IMG/VR virus record: IMGVR_UViG_3300045988_162524
Location: 21,293-85,292 of that record
Length of the DNA: 64,000 nt
Strand: one strand, 5' to 3'
From: a virus
In this document: positions 51,230-59,212 of the stretch, piece after piece
Numbering within the stretch: position 1 is the stretch's first letter
Layout: each line of letters opens with the position of its first letter
Notes under the pieces: generated by a model
What the model was told of the DNA's origin: nothing
Database searches by the model: none
The model's input: only the letters and a program-made list of their open reading frames with translations
Program-made: the position numbers and the translations under genes

Positions 51230-51973
51230 TTAAATTTCAAACCAACCATCAATTCTTGACTTGTTAATAGTTTTAACAGCCGGAGGGATCGGAGACATCA
51301 AATAGGTGTACATTGTTGCGTGCAATGCAGGTGTAACCATATACGTAGCTCCTTCCTCATCATCTTCACCTGTTGCAGGTCTATATTTCAAATCCAAATC
51401 ACAAGGAAGAACGGCATTCGGATTCTGAACAAGCATCTTTTTACCGGAACCAGCTTCGGCAGCTTCAACCAATACATCATCTGCTGCTAATGCACCAATA
51501 GCTGCGGATAGCGTCAGTTTCCAAACATTTTTTTGTTCATTGGTCGTCACCTCAACAGCTGTTACCGTTGCGGCTGTACCTGTCGCATCAAATGTTTCAG
51601 GAGCTTTCATCAAAATATCACCTACACAAGGTTTGTGTCTGAAACCATCTCTTTTTACAAATACAGTCGTGCCTTCTGCTTCAACTGTTGCTTGTACTTC
51701 AAATACCTTCAAAAGAATCACTTCTGCATTTTCGTGACTATTAGCGACACCATTACCATTCCAACGATATTCTACCAAATCACCTGTGTACATCTTACCG
51801 CCTGTTTTAAACGGATTCTTGATAATACCACCAGTTTGAGGGAATACTTGGTCATTCAATACGCATACTCTCGGTACAAAGACTTCTCTAGTACCTCCGA
51901 TAATACCGCTCCCCTGTAACATGGTTCTACCATACATTACGGCTGCGGTCGTATTTAAAAGATTTTCTACCAT
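51230..51973 (-). CDS. head decoration / auxiliary capsid protein (247 aa)
   Basis: Position between the scaffold and capsid genes. Confidence 0.4.
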   Translation of the reverse strand: MVENLLNTTAAVMYGRTMLQGSGIIGGTREVFVPRVCVLNDQVFPQTGGIIKNPFKTGGKMYTGDLVEYRWNGNGVANSHENAEVILLKVFEVQATVEAEGTTVFVKRDGFRHKPCVGDILMKAPETFDATGTAATVTAVEVTTNEQKNVWKLTLSAAIGALAADDVLVEAAEAGSGKKMLVQNPNAVLPCDLDLKYRPATGEDDEEGATYMVTPALHATMYTYLMSPIPPAVKTINKSRIDGWFEI

Positions 51974-51987
51974 ATTCTTATAATTTT

Positions 51988-52608
51988 TTATTTTTCATTT
52001 TTAACATCATCCCAACTTATCTTACTCTTAGAGGGATCACCACCAATAGGCTTGTAAGGGGTTGTCCCATCAGGTATATCAACTCTGGAAAGGTTGTATA
52101 ATTCTAATGTAGACTTCGCTTCTTCCTTTATATCTAAATCTTCCGAAATTTGAATTTTAGAAATGTAAGTGTCAATCCACTTATCATCCTTAATCCCAGC
52201 GGATTTCAATTCAGATTTAAAGTTTTTCCTTACTTGCGATAGAGCTTTTTCCTTTTCTTCTCTTTCTATTTTGTCTTGCAACTGCTGTATCTGCGCTTGT
52301 AATTGTGATAAGGCATCGTCATCAGTAGGCGGAGTTGTAGACTGTTGCTGCTGTGTAGTTTGAGATTGAGTGGGTTTATAGCTCTTAATAAAATCTGCCT
52401 TTTCTTTTTCAAAGTTTGCATTTGTCCTTTTTACAAAAGGTAATGCCTTACTTATAAAATCAGAAAGTTCAGTTTCATCATTTACCAATAATGGAATTAG
52501 GTCATCTATATTCTCATTAATTGTTCTGTCTGACAAATGCAGGGTTTTCCCACCTTCTGTCAGTAAGCCTTTGAGTTGTTCAACGGCTTGTTCTTTTGTA
52601 AACTTCAT
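51988..52608 (-). CDS. scaffolding protein (206 aa)
   Basis: Coiled-coil, Q-rich (TQSQTTQQQQSTTPP) charged protein, first in the head operon. Confidence 0.55.
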   Translation of the reverse strand: MKFTKEQAVEQLKGLLTEGGKTLHLSDRTINENIDDLIPLLVNDETELSDFISKALPFVKRTNANFEKEKADFIKSYKPTQSQTTQQQQSTTPPTDDDALSQLQAQIQQLQDKIEREEKEKALSQVRKNFKSELKSAGIKDDKWIDTYISKIQISEDLDIKEEAKSTLELYNLSRVDIPDGTTPYKPIGGDPSKSKISWDDVKNEK

Positions 52609-52688
52609 AGTTCCTCTAAGTTATGTTAATAATTTGCACACAAAATAAAGGAATAAACTAAGTTATCCCATGAAATAAGGGAACTATT

Positions 52689-52706
52689 TAGTACACCGGT
52701 GTACTA
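52689..52706. promoter_or_regulatory. perfect 18-bp palindrome TAGTACACCGGTGTACTA
   Basis: Lies in the divergent region between the scaffold operon (-) and the HEG/terminase operon (+). Same TAGTACAC half-site as at 39875-39916. Confidence 0.6.
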
Positions 52707-52745
52707 AGTTTTTCTAATATAAAAAAAGAAGAAGATTTAGAATAG

Positions 52746-52773
52746 TATTTTTGCAGATAAATGTATATATTTG
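52746..52773 (+). promoter_or_regulatory. tandem -7 promoter boxes
   Basis: TATTTTTG 52746-52753 and TATATTTG 52766-52773. The 16-mer TATATTTGCATTGAAT 52766-52781 is identical to 57628-57643. Confidence 0.55.
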
Positions 52774-52877
52774 CATTGAATAATGGGATAGCAGGAGTAA
52801 TTAACCTGCGATAAGTGGTTTAGGCATGACACTTCCCATTATTTGAATATTAACCATGCCAACAAAAAAATAATATT

Positions 52878-53849
52878 ATGCCTAGAAAAAAGACTAAAGA
52901 AGAATTTATTAAAGAAGCAATTATGGTTCATGGGAATAAATATGATTACTCCAGAGTTGTATATGTAAACAATAATACAAAGGTGGAGATAGTATGTTAT
53001 GAACATGGATCATTCTGGCAACTACCAAGAACTCATGTAAATAAATCATGCGGTTGTCCTAAATGTTCTAAGGTGTATTCCGATCAAAGTTATTTCATTG
53101 AAAATGCTACAAGAATACATAAAGGAAAATACGATTACTCTAAAGTGAATTACATAGACTGCAAAACTAAAATTTGTATTATTTGTCCTGAACATGGCGA
53201 ATATTGGACGACTCCTAATAGTCATATATCAGGCTGTGGATGCAGAAAATGTGATAACAAGAGGAAATCTAATCAAAGAAAATATATATATGGTATAGGA
53301 ATCAATGATTATGAAGGTTTTATAAAAGAAAGTGATGAGGCTTATAAAACTTGGTTCCAGATGCTTCGTAGATGCTATAATAAAGAATGGAAAAATGAGC
53401 ATCCTACTTATCAAGATTGTACAGTTTGCGAAGAATGGCTTTATTTTTCTAATTTTAAAAAATGGTTTGACGATCCCAATAATGGATATATAAAAGGATA
53501 TTTTTTAGATAAAGATGTAAGAGTTAAGGGGAATAAGATTTATTCTCCTGAAACCTGTTGCTTTCTTCCACCTAAAATTAGTTCTATAACAACACAAAGC
53601 AATGCGTTAAGAGGTGCTTTGCCAATAGGAGTTTCAAGTTGCGAAAATAAATTTAGAGTGAGATTAAGCGAACGAAATAAACTTATTCATTTAGGAACTT
53701 TTAATACCAAAGAAGAGGCTTTTTTAGCTTATAAGCAAGAAAAAGAACGGCATATTAAGGAGTTAGCAGAAGAATACTATAAAAAAGGTGAAATAAATAA
53801 AGCTGCGTATGAAGGGCTTTTGAGTTTTAAAATTAGTATAAATGATTGA
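52878..53849 (+). CDS. HNH-like homing endonuclease with duplicated Zn-ribbon module and AP2 domain (paralog of 36147..36911)
   Basis: Two copies of (V/I)HG(N/K)KYDYS.V.Y......I.C.EHG; YQDCTVCEEWLYFSNFKKWFDDPNNGY; IGVSSCENKFRVRLSERNKLIHLGTFNTKEEAFLAYK. Confidence 0.65.
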   Translation: MPRKKTKEEFIKEAIMVHGNKYDYSRVVYVNNNTKVEIVCYEHGSFWQLPRTHVNKSCGCPKCSKVYSDQSYFIENATRIHKGKYDYSKVNYIDCKTKICIICPEHGEYWTTPNSHISGCGCRKCDNKRKSNQRKYIYGIGINDYEGFIKESDEAYKTWFQMLRRCYNKEWKNEHPTYQDCTVCEEWLYFSNFKKWFDDPNNGYIKGYFLDKDVRVKGNKIYSPETCCFLPPKISSITTQSNALRGALPIGVSSCENKFRVRLSERNKLIHLGTFNTKEEAFLAYKQEKERHIKELAEEYYKKGEINKAAYEGLLSFKISIND

Positions 53850-55470
53850 TAAAGAAAAATATAAATCACAAGGAATTGAAAATATAGTAACATATCAACC
53901 TTATTTTCAAGAAAAATTCGTCAGGAGCAATGTTGATTTTGTTGTAGGTGGAGCTGCGATGGGAATTGGGAAATCCTTTGCCGCCTTATTGATGGCAGCA
54001 GAACCAGTACTAGACCCTGACTTCCGAATGGTTTATATTCGTAAAAATATACAAGATACAAAAAGCGGAGGCTCTGGTACAGATGAAATACAAAGGATTT
54101 ATGGGAATTTAGTAAATGTAAAATTATCAGAAAATCCCCGTGCTACATTCCCCAGCGGAGCTTTTATAGACTTTACTCACATGAGCGACCAAACTCCCGA
54201 TAAGGTATTGGAACGCATACGCGGATGGCAATATTCGGTAATTTATTTTGACGAAGGCACAGGATTTGAGTGGAGTACTATTAGGCTTGCTTTTTCACGT
54301 AACCGTGGTGCAGGGAAATGGAATGGGAAAGTTCGTATTACTTGTAATCCTAAAAAAAATCATTGGTTAAGGAAATGGCTTGATTGGTATATCAATCCTA
54401 TAACAGGGTTTCCTATCCCTGAAAGAGATGGTGTGGTGAGATATTTCTATATCAATGGGGAAAAAATTGAAGATGTTATTTTTGGTGCAACTAAAGAGGA
54501 GGTGTATAGTCAATGCGCTCCAAAGATAAACGCTGTTTTAAAAAAGCTGAATGAAAGAGGTGAGTTTTTTACTTATAAGGATTTAATAAAATCTACTACG
54601 TTTTATGGAGGTTCTTTGGATATGAACAAGGAACTTTTATCAAAAAATCCGGGCTATATTGCAAGCGTGGCAGCAATGGGTGAAAAGCAATCTGCTGCTA
54701 ACTTACAAGGTTGTTGGAATATTGACACAGATGATGATTCCGAAGCTCCTATCCCATTCCATAAAGCTCGTGAAATAAAATTGGCAGATCCACAAATTAA
54801 TGGAGATAGATGGATCACTGCTGACTTAGCAGATACGGGAAAAGATAATTTCGTTGCATTGGTATGGGATGGATTTCACATTATAGATATTGTAGTATTG
54901 GGACATTCAACGCCACAACAAAATGCGAATACACTACAAATTTTAGCTGCTAGATATAATATCCCGGACACTCATATTATATTTGATGGTAATAATGGTG
55001 CTTATATCAACGATTATATACCAGATGCTATACCATTTATATCATACAGTAAAACGAGAGGTGTCTATTTCAGAGCTTTCTGTACATTAAAAGATGAATG
55101 CTATGATAGAGTTGTTTACCATGTAAACGAAAAAGGAATATCTTTTAGCGATAAGGTCGCTTCCAAAATGTACACCCATGAAAAAATGAAAGATGAAATT
55201 ACCATCTTTGACGAATTTGTAGAGGAATGTTCTGTAGTACGTTTTAATGAACAAGGGACAGGAAGGAAACGGTTAGCTACTAAAAAAGAAATGAACCAAA
55301 TGCTTGGTCGAGGACGTTCAATGGACGTATTAGACCCAATAGCTATGAGGTTTTTACCCGTTCTCCAATATCAAATGGGAGATGAGTTAGAAAAAACTTC
55401 TATCAAAAGAAACGATAGAAAAACCGGAGAGACAAATCTTGAAATTTATAACGATAGTTTTTGGGCGTAA
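53842..55470 (+). CDS. terL: terminase large subunit
   Basis: Walker A GGAAMGIGKS; Walker B VIYFDEG; 542 aa; upstream of the portal gene. Confidence 0.85.
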   Translation: MIDKEKYKSQGIENIVTYQPYFQEKFVRSNVDFVVGGAAMGIGKSFAALLMAAEPVLDPDFRMVYIRKNIQDTKSGGSGTDEIQRIYGNLVNVKLSENPRATFPSGAFIDFTHMSDQTPDKVLERIRGWQYSVIYFDEGTGFEWSTIRLAFSRNRGAGKWNGKVRITCNPKKNHWLRKWLDWYINPITGFPIPERDGVVRYFYINGEKIEDVIFGATKEEVYSQCAPKINAVLKKLNERGEFFTYKDLIKSTTFYGGSLDMNKELLSKNPGYIASVAAMGEKQSAANLQGCWNIDTDDDSEAPIPFHKAREIKLADPQINGDRWITADLADTGKDNFVALVWDGFHIIDIVVLGHSTPQQNANTLQILAARYNIPDTHIIFDGNNGAYINDYIPDAIPFISYSKTRGVYFRAFCTLKDECYDRVVYHVNEKGISFSDKVASKMYTHEKMKDEITIFDEFVEECSVVRFNEQGTGRKRLATKKEMNQMLGRGRSMDVLDPIAMRFLPVLQYQMGDELEKTSIKRNDRKTGETNLEIYNDSFWA

Positions 55471-56042
55471 TGACAGTTAAAGATATAGAAAAAACAATCA
55501 AGGATGCTTCTAAGATGAAGCATGAAGTGACGGTAAGAGACATATCGTATGTTATCTTATTCTTTGAATATTGCAGCTCTGTTGTAGCTTATAAATCTAT
55601 TTTCGATAAGGATGCTGACGAAAATAGTATTAAAAAGTATGACACAAGCAAAAAAATTGATTTCTTGAAAATGTATATTGCTAGTAACTTTAAAGAAGAA
55701 GAGAAAGTTAAGCAAATCAAGAAGAATGAAATTAACAATGATGAATTGATCCAAGATATTACTTTTGAGGAGAATAAAGCTAAATTGATAGCAATGCTCC
55801 AAAAGGTTAACGATCTTGTTAAAAGTGGTGATATGTCTGCTAAAGATGGTGTTAAAGCAGAAATTGAAATCCGCAGTAAACTTAATGATAAGTTTAAGGT
55901 ATCAGAAGAGGGAGGGCAACAATATATCATTGTAGAACAAAAGTATAATGCTGTATGTGAATACTGTTCACATGAGTTATATATTCCCACAAAAGAAGAT
56001 TTAATGAAAAAATATAACCTAGTAGAAAAAGACAATGAGTGA
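55461..56042 (+). CDS. hypothetical protein (193 aa) between terminase and portal
   Basis: ORF track; overlaps both neighbours. Confidence 0.55.
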   Translation: MGVMTVKDIEKTIKDASKMKHEVTVRDISYVILFFEYCSSVVAYKSIFDKDADENSIKKYDTSKKIDFLKMYIASNFKEEEKVKQIKKNEINNDELIQDITFEENKAKLIAMLQKVNDLVKSGDMSAKDGVKAEIEIRSKLNDKFKVSEEGGQQYIIVEQKYNAVCEYCSHELYIPTKEDLMKKYNLVEKDNE

Positions 56043-57582
56043 AATTTCAGAACAAGTACAAGAATTATTGAATAACCCTGAAAAGATACTACAAAAGAAA
56101 CCTTTTTTTCGAGGTTATGATACATCGTGTGTATGTAACAATACACTGAATAATTATTTGAAAAGAGCCGGATTTACAGATATGATTTCGGTTACCCTTC
56201 CTCAATTAAAAAAACGTGTTATTACGCAAGATGAGTATTTGATGGAATTAGAGCCTGAAAACCATAAGGTTTTATACGATCAGAACATACCTTCTATTAC
56301 GATGAAACTTGATAATGGTGGCTTTGTTGAGGTTCAATATAAGAAAATGGCGGTTTCTTTCCAACAAAATATTAAAGACAAGCAGGTACAACATTTATGC
56401 GGACTTCCAATGTCTTTTACTCTTATGGATGCCAATCCTGATGAAAAACAAAGAGCTGACTTTGTTACCTTTAAACAGTATTGGGATTTAAGAAACCAAG
56501 ACGGAATGAAAACCAAAATGGTTGACGTTCAAAAATCAGTTGGTGATGTAGGACTTTTATACTATTTCGATAAAAATAATAGAATAAAATCCCGTATATT
56601 ATCCTATATGGATGGATATGTCTTATGTCCGCATGACGATGATAATGGAGACCGTATATTAGAAAGCGTTTACTATAAGATTGATGATGTAGAATATATT
56701 GATTCATACGATGATACTTATTTTTATCGTATGATAAGAGATAATACTAACGTAGATGATAATGGATGGAGACGTCTAGCACCAAAGGCTCATGGTTTTA
56801 CAGAAATCCCTTTAATAACTAAAAGAGGAAAGGTCGCATGGGAAAATGCTCAAAGTGTTATTGAGGCTTATGAAATATTATACAATATCTTCCTTGTAAT
56901 TCAAAAGAGACATGGATGGGGAATATTATATATAAAAGGAGATTTTGAAAACAATGGAAAGAAGATAGCAGGTTCAGTTATCTTAAACAGTAAAAACACA
57001 TCATATAGTCAAGAAGCAAATACGGATGATGCTAAATTTTTAACTCCACCATCACCACAGGGAACGATAGATACTTTACAGTTAATGGAGGAAACTATAC
57101 AGAAAAATTCCAGTACAACGTTCTTGCTCCCTAAAGATGTAAAGACAACAGGAGATATATCAGGTGTTGCTATAATGCTTACTCAATCAATGGATATTGA
57201 GAATGCATCAAAAGGTGTAATAGAATGGCAAAATGTTGCGGATAAAATGGTTCGTCTATTCAAACAAGGATTAGCAAAAGAACTTGTAGTCTCACGAATT
57301 CAACCCAGTGCTATTACGGATTTCGAGAACTTACATATTAATGCTAAATTCAAAGTATATAGACCTCAATCTGAAACTGATATTGTAACAAGATTACAAA
57401 CAGGAGTTACATCAGGATTTCTTTCTGTTGAAACTGCCAGTGAAATGAACCCTGACGCAAAACCGGATGAGAAAGCTAGACTTGAAAAAGAAAAGCAAGC
57501 TAAAATAGAAGAGCAACTATATCAACAGGAACAGGCATTAATAATGTCTCAAGGCACTTATATACGACCCGATACCAGATAA
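56035..57582 (+). CDS. portal protein
   Basis: 515 aa; position after terL; acidic/coiled C-terminus. Confidence 0.7.
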   Translation: MSEISEQVQELLNNPEKILQKKPFFRGYDTSCVCNNTLNNYLKRAGFTDMISVTLPQLKKRVITQDEYLMELEPENHKVLYDQNIPSITMKLDNGGFVEVQYKKMAVSFQQNIKDKQVQHLCGLPMSFTLMDANPDEKQRADFVTFKQYWDLRNQDGMKTKMVDVQKSVGDVGLLYYFDKNNRIKSRILSYMDGYVLCPHDDDNGDRILESVYYKIDDVEYIDSYDDTYFYRMIRDNTNVDDNGWRRLAPKAHGFTEIPLITKRGKVAWENAQSVIEAYEILYNIFLVIQKRHGWGILYIKGDFENNGKKIAGSVILNSKNTSYSQEANTDDAKFLTPPSPQGTIDTLQLMEETIQKNSSTTFLLPKDVKTTGDISGVAIMLTQSMDIENASKGVIEWQNVADKMVRLFKQGLAKELVVSRIQPSAITDFENLHINAKFKVYRPQSETDIVTRLQTGVTSGFLSVETASEMNPDAKPDEKARLEKEKQAKIEEQLYQQEQALIMSQGTYIRPDTR

Positions 57583-57627
57583 ATAGTTAAATGAACTAAT
57601 ACGACTGTATTTTAGTTTATTATTTAT

Positions 57628-57635
57628 TATATTTG
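57628..57635 (+). promoter_or_regulatory. -7 promoter box (TATATTTG) of tnpB copy 2
   Basis: Part of the 16-mer shared with 52766-52781. Confidence 0.5.
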
Positions 57636-57657
57636 CATTGAATTAATAGAAATAGTT

Positions 57658-58878
57658 ATGTTACGAGCCTACAAATACAGATTGCATCCCACTAAGGAAC
57701 AAAAGATTTTCTTTGCGAAGTCTTTTGGGTGTGTAAGGTATGTGTATAATTGGGCTTTAAATAAACGCATTGAAGCTTATCAGACAGAAAATAAGCGGAT
57801 AAATTACATTGACCTGTGTAAGATGCTTACCGACTTAAAAAAGGAAGAAGGGATGGAGTGGTTGAAAGAGGCATCCAATGAATGCCTTCAACAGTCTATT
57901 CGTAATCTCGATTCTGCTTTCACAAGATTCTTTAGGGAAAAGAAAGGGTTCCCTAAATTCAAATCCAAGCACGATAATAGGCAATCGTATAAGGCTATCA
58001 ATTCAGTAGTAGTTGACTTGGATAACAATAAAGTGAAACTCCCTAAGATAGGATGGGTGAAGTTTGCATCTAACCGTACATTTGAGGGGAGAGTGACTTC
58101 GGTTGTAGTATCAAAGACTCCTACCGGCAAGTATTATATCAGCGTTTTGGTAGATAATGGGAAAGAGCTTCCTGCAAAGGAGGACATAACCTATGACGGG
58201 ACTATTGGGATTGATGTGGGTCTTAAAGACTTTGCTGTATGTTCCAATGGTGATGTGTATAAGAATCCAAAATACTTGGAGAAATCAACAGCTAAGCTAA
58301 AACAACTGCAAAGACGTTTCAGCAAGGCTAAAAAAGGAGGGAACAGACGTGAAAAACTTAGAAAGCGGCTAGCAAAACAATATGAGAAAGTAACCAATCA
58401 ACGGACGGACTATCTTCACAAGATTAGTACTAAACTCGTTCGTGAAAACCAAGCGATTATTATAGAGGACTTGAACGTTAAGGGCATGATGAAGAACCAT
58501 CGCTTAGCCCGTTCAATAGGTTCCGTTGGTTGGTCTACTTTCTTTTCCATGCTTGAATACAAGTGTGAATGGTATGGTAAGACCTTGATTCGTATCGGAA
58601 GATTCCAACCTTCATCCAAAATGTGTGGATGTGGATATGTCAACCGACAGTTAAAGCTCTCTGACCGTACATGGACTTTCCCCAAGTGTGGAGCAGTAAA
58701 TGACAGAGACTTACTTGCAGCACAGAACATAAAACGGTTCGGACTACAAGAACAGAATTTATTAACCCAACCTGTGGCACACAGGGGATTGGACGGTGAG
58801 AATCCAACTATGGACGAACGTGGCGAAAGTCACCTAAGAAGTAGTGGTTCGATGAAACGTCAAAATAGACAAGTGTAA
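57658..58878 (+). CDS. tnpB: TnpB (IS605 OrfB family RNA-guided endonuclease-like), canonical RuvC triad
   Basis: MLRAYKYRLHPTKEQ...; IGIDVGLKDF (D), IIIEDLNVKGM (E), NDRDLLAAQNI (D). Cys cluster reads MCGCGY...TFPKCG. Confidence 0.9.
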   Translation: MLRAYKYRLHPTKEQKIFFAKSFGCVRYVYNWALNKRIEAYQTENKRINYIDLCKMLTDLKKEEGMEWLKEASNECLQQSIRNLDSAFTRFFREKKGFPKFKSKHDNRQSYKAINSVVVDLDNNKVKLPKIGWVKFASNRTFEGRVTSVVVSKTPTGKYYISVLVDNGKELPAKEDITYDGTIGIDVGLKDFAVCSNGDVYKNPKYLEKSTAKLKQLQRRFSKAKKGGNRREKLRKRLAKQYEKVTNQRTDYLHKISTKLVRENQAIIIEDLNVKGMMKNHRLARSIGSVGWSTFFSMLEYKCEWYGKTLIRIGRFQPSSKMCGCGYVNRQLKLSDRTWTFPKCGAVNDRDLLAAQNIKRFGLQEQNLLTQPVAHRGLDGENPTMDERGESHLRSSGSMKRQNRQV

Positions 58879-58942
58879 ACTTGGATATAAGTGCCTATTC
58901 AGGACAAGATAATAATAACAATAATAAAAAGGAGGAATAACT

Positions 58943-59212
58943 ATGTACACGAATATCATAAACAACATTATAGAATTAGAAAAGGTAGAAACATTTATTG
59001 ATATAAAACCTTACTATGTTTTCTTATATCCGAAATCAGAGGATGCTAGCAATGTGATTATTGTAGATGGTCTACCTACATATCAGAGTAAGAAAGAAAA
59101 TTTAGCTTTGCCTCTGTTAACTTGCGTTTGGAATCCTATTGCATTAAACAACATTGTTGTTACAGATGATATGCTTTCAAATTATAGAATATTTATAGGT
59201 TATATACAATGA
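58943..59212 (+). CDS. hypothetical protein (89 aa)
   Basis: ORF track; AAGGAGGAATAA at 58929-58940. Confidence 0.55.
   Translation: MYTNIINNIIELEKVETFIDIKPYYVFLYPKSEDASNVIIVDGLPTYQSKKENLALPLLTCVWNPIALNNIVVTDDMLSNYRIFIGYIQ

Larger units (their letters stand above)
57583..58942 (+). mobile_element. TnpB-only IS200/IS605-like unit 2 (no TnpA)
   Basis: tnpB with 75 nt upstream and 64 nt downstream; visibly higher G+C than the neighbouring phage genes. Confidence 0.45.

Noticed and set aside
58813-58820. ACGAACGT resembling the core of Bacteroides Mpi-type invertase inverted repeats, as a possible substrate for the serine recombinase
   Set aside because: Only a single copy was found. It lies inside the tnpB 3' coding and RNA region, and its flanking bases do not fit the consensus.
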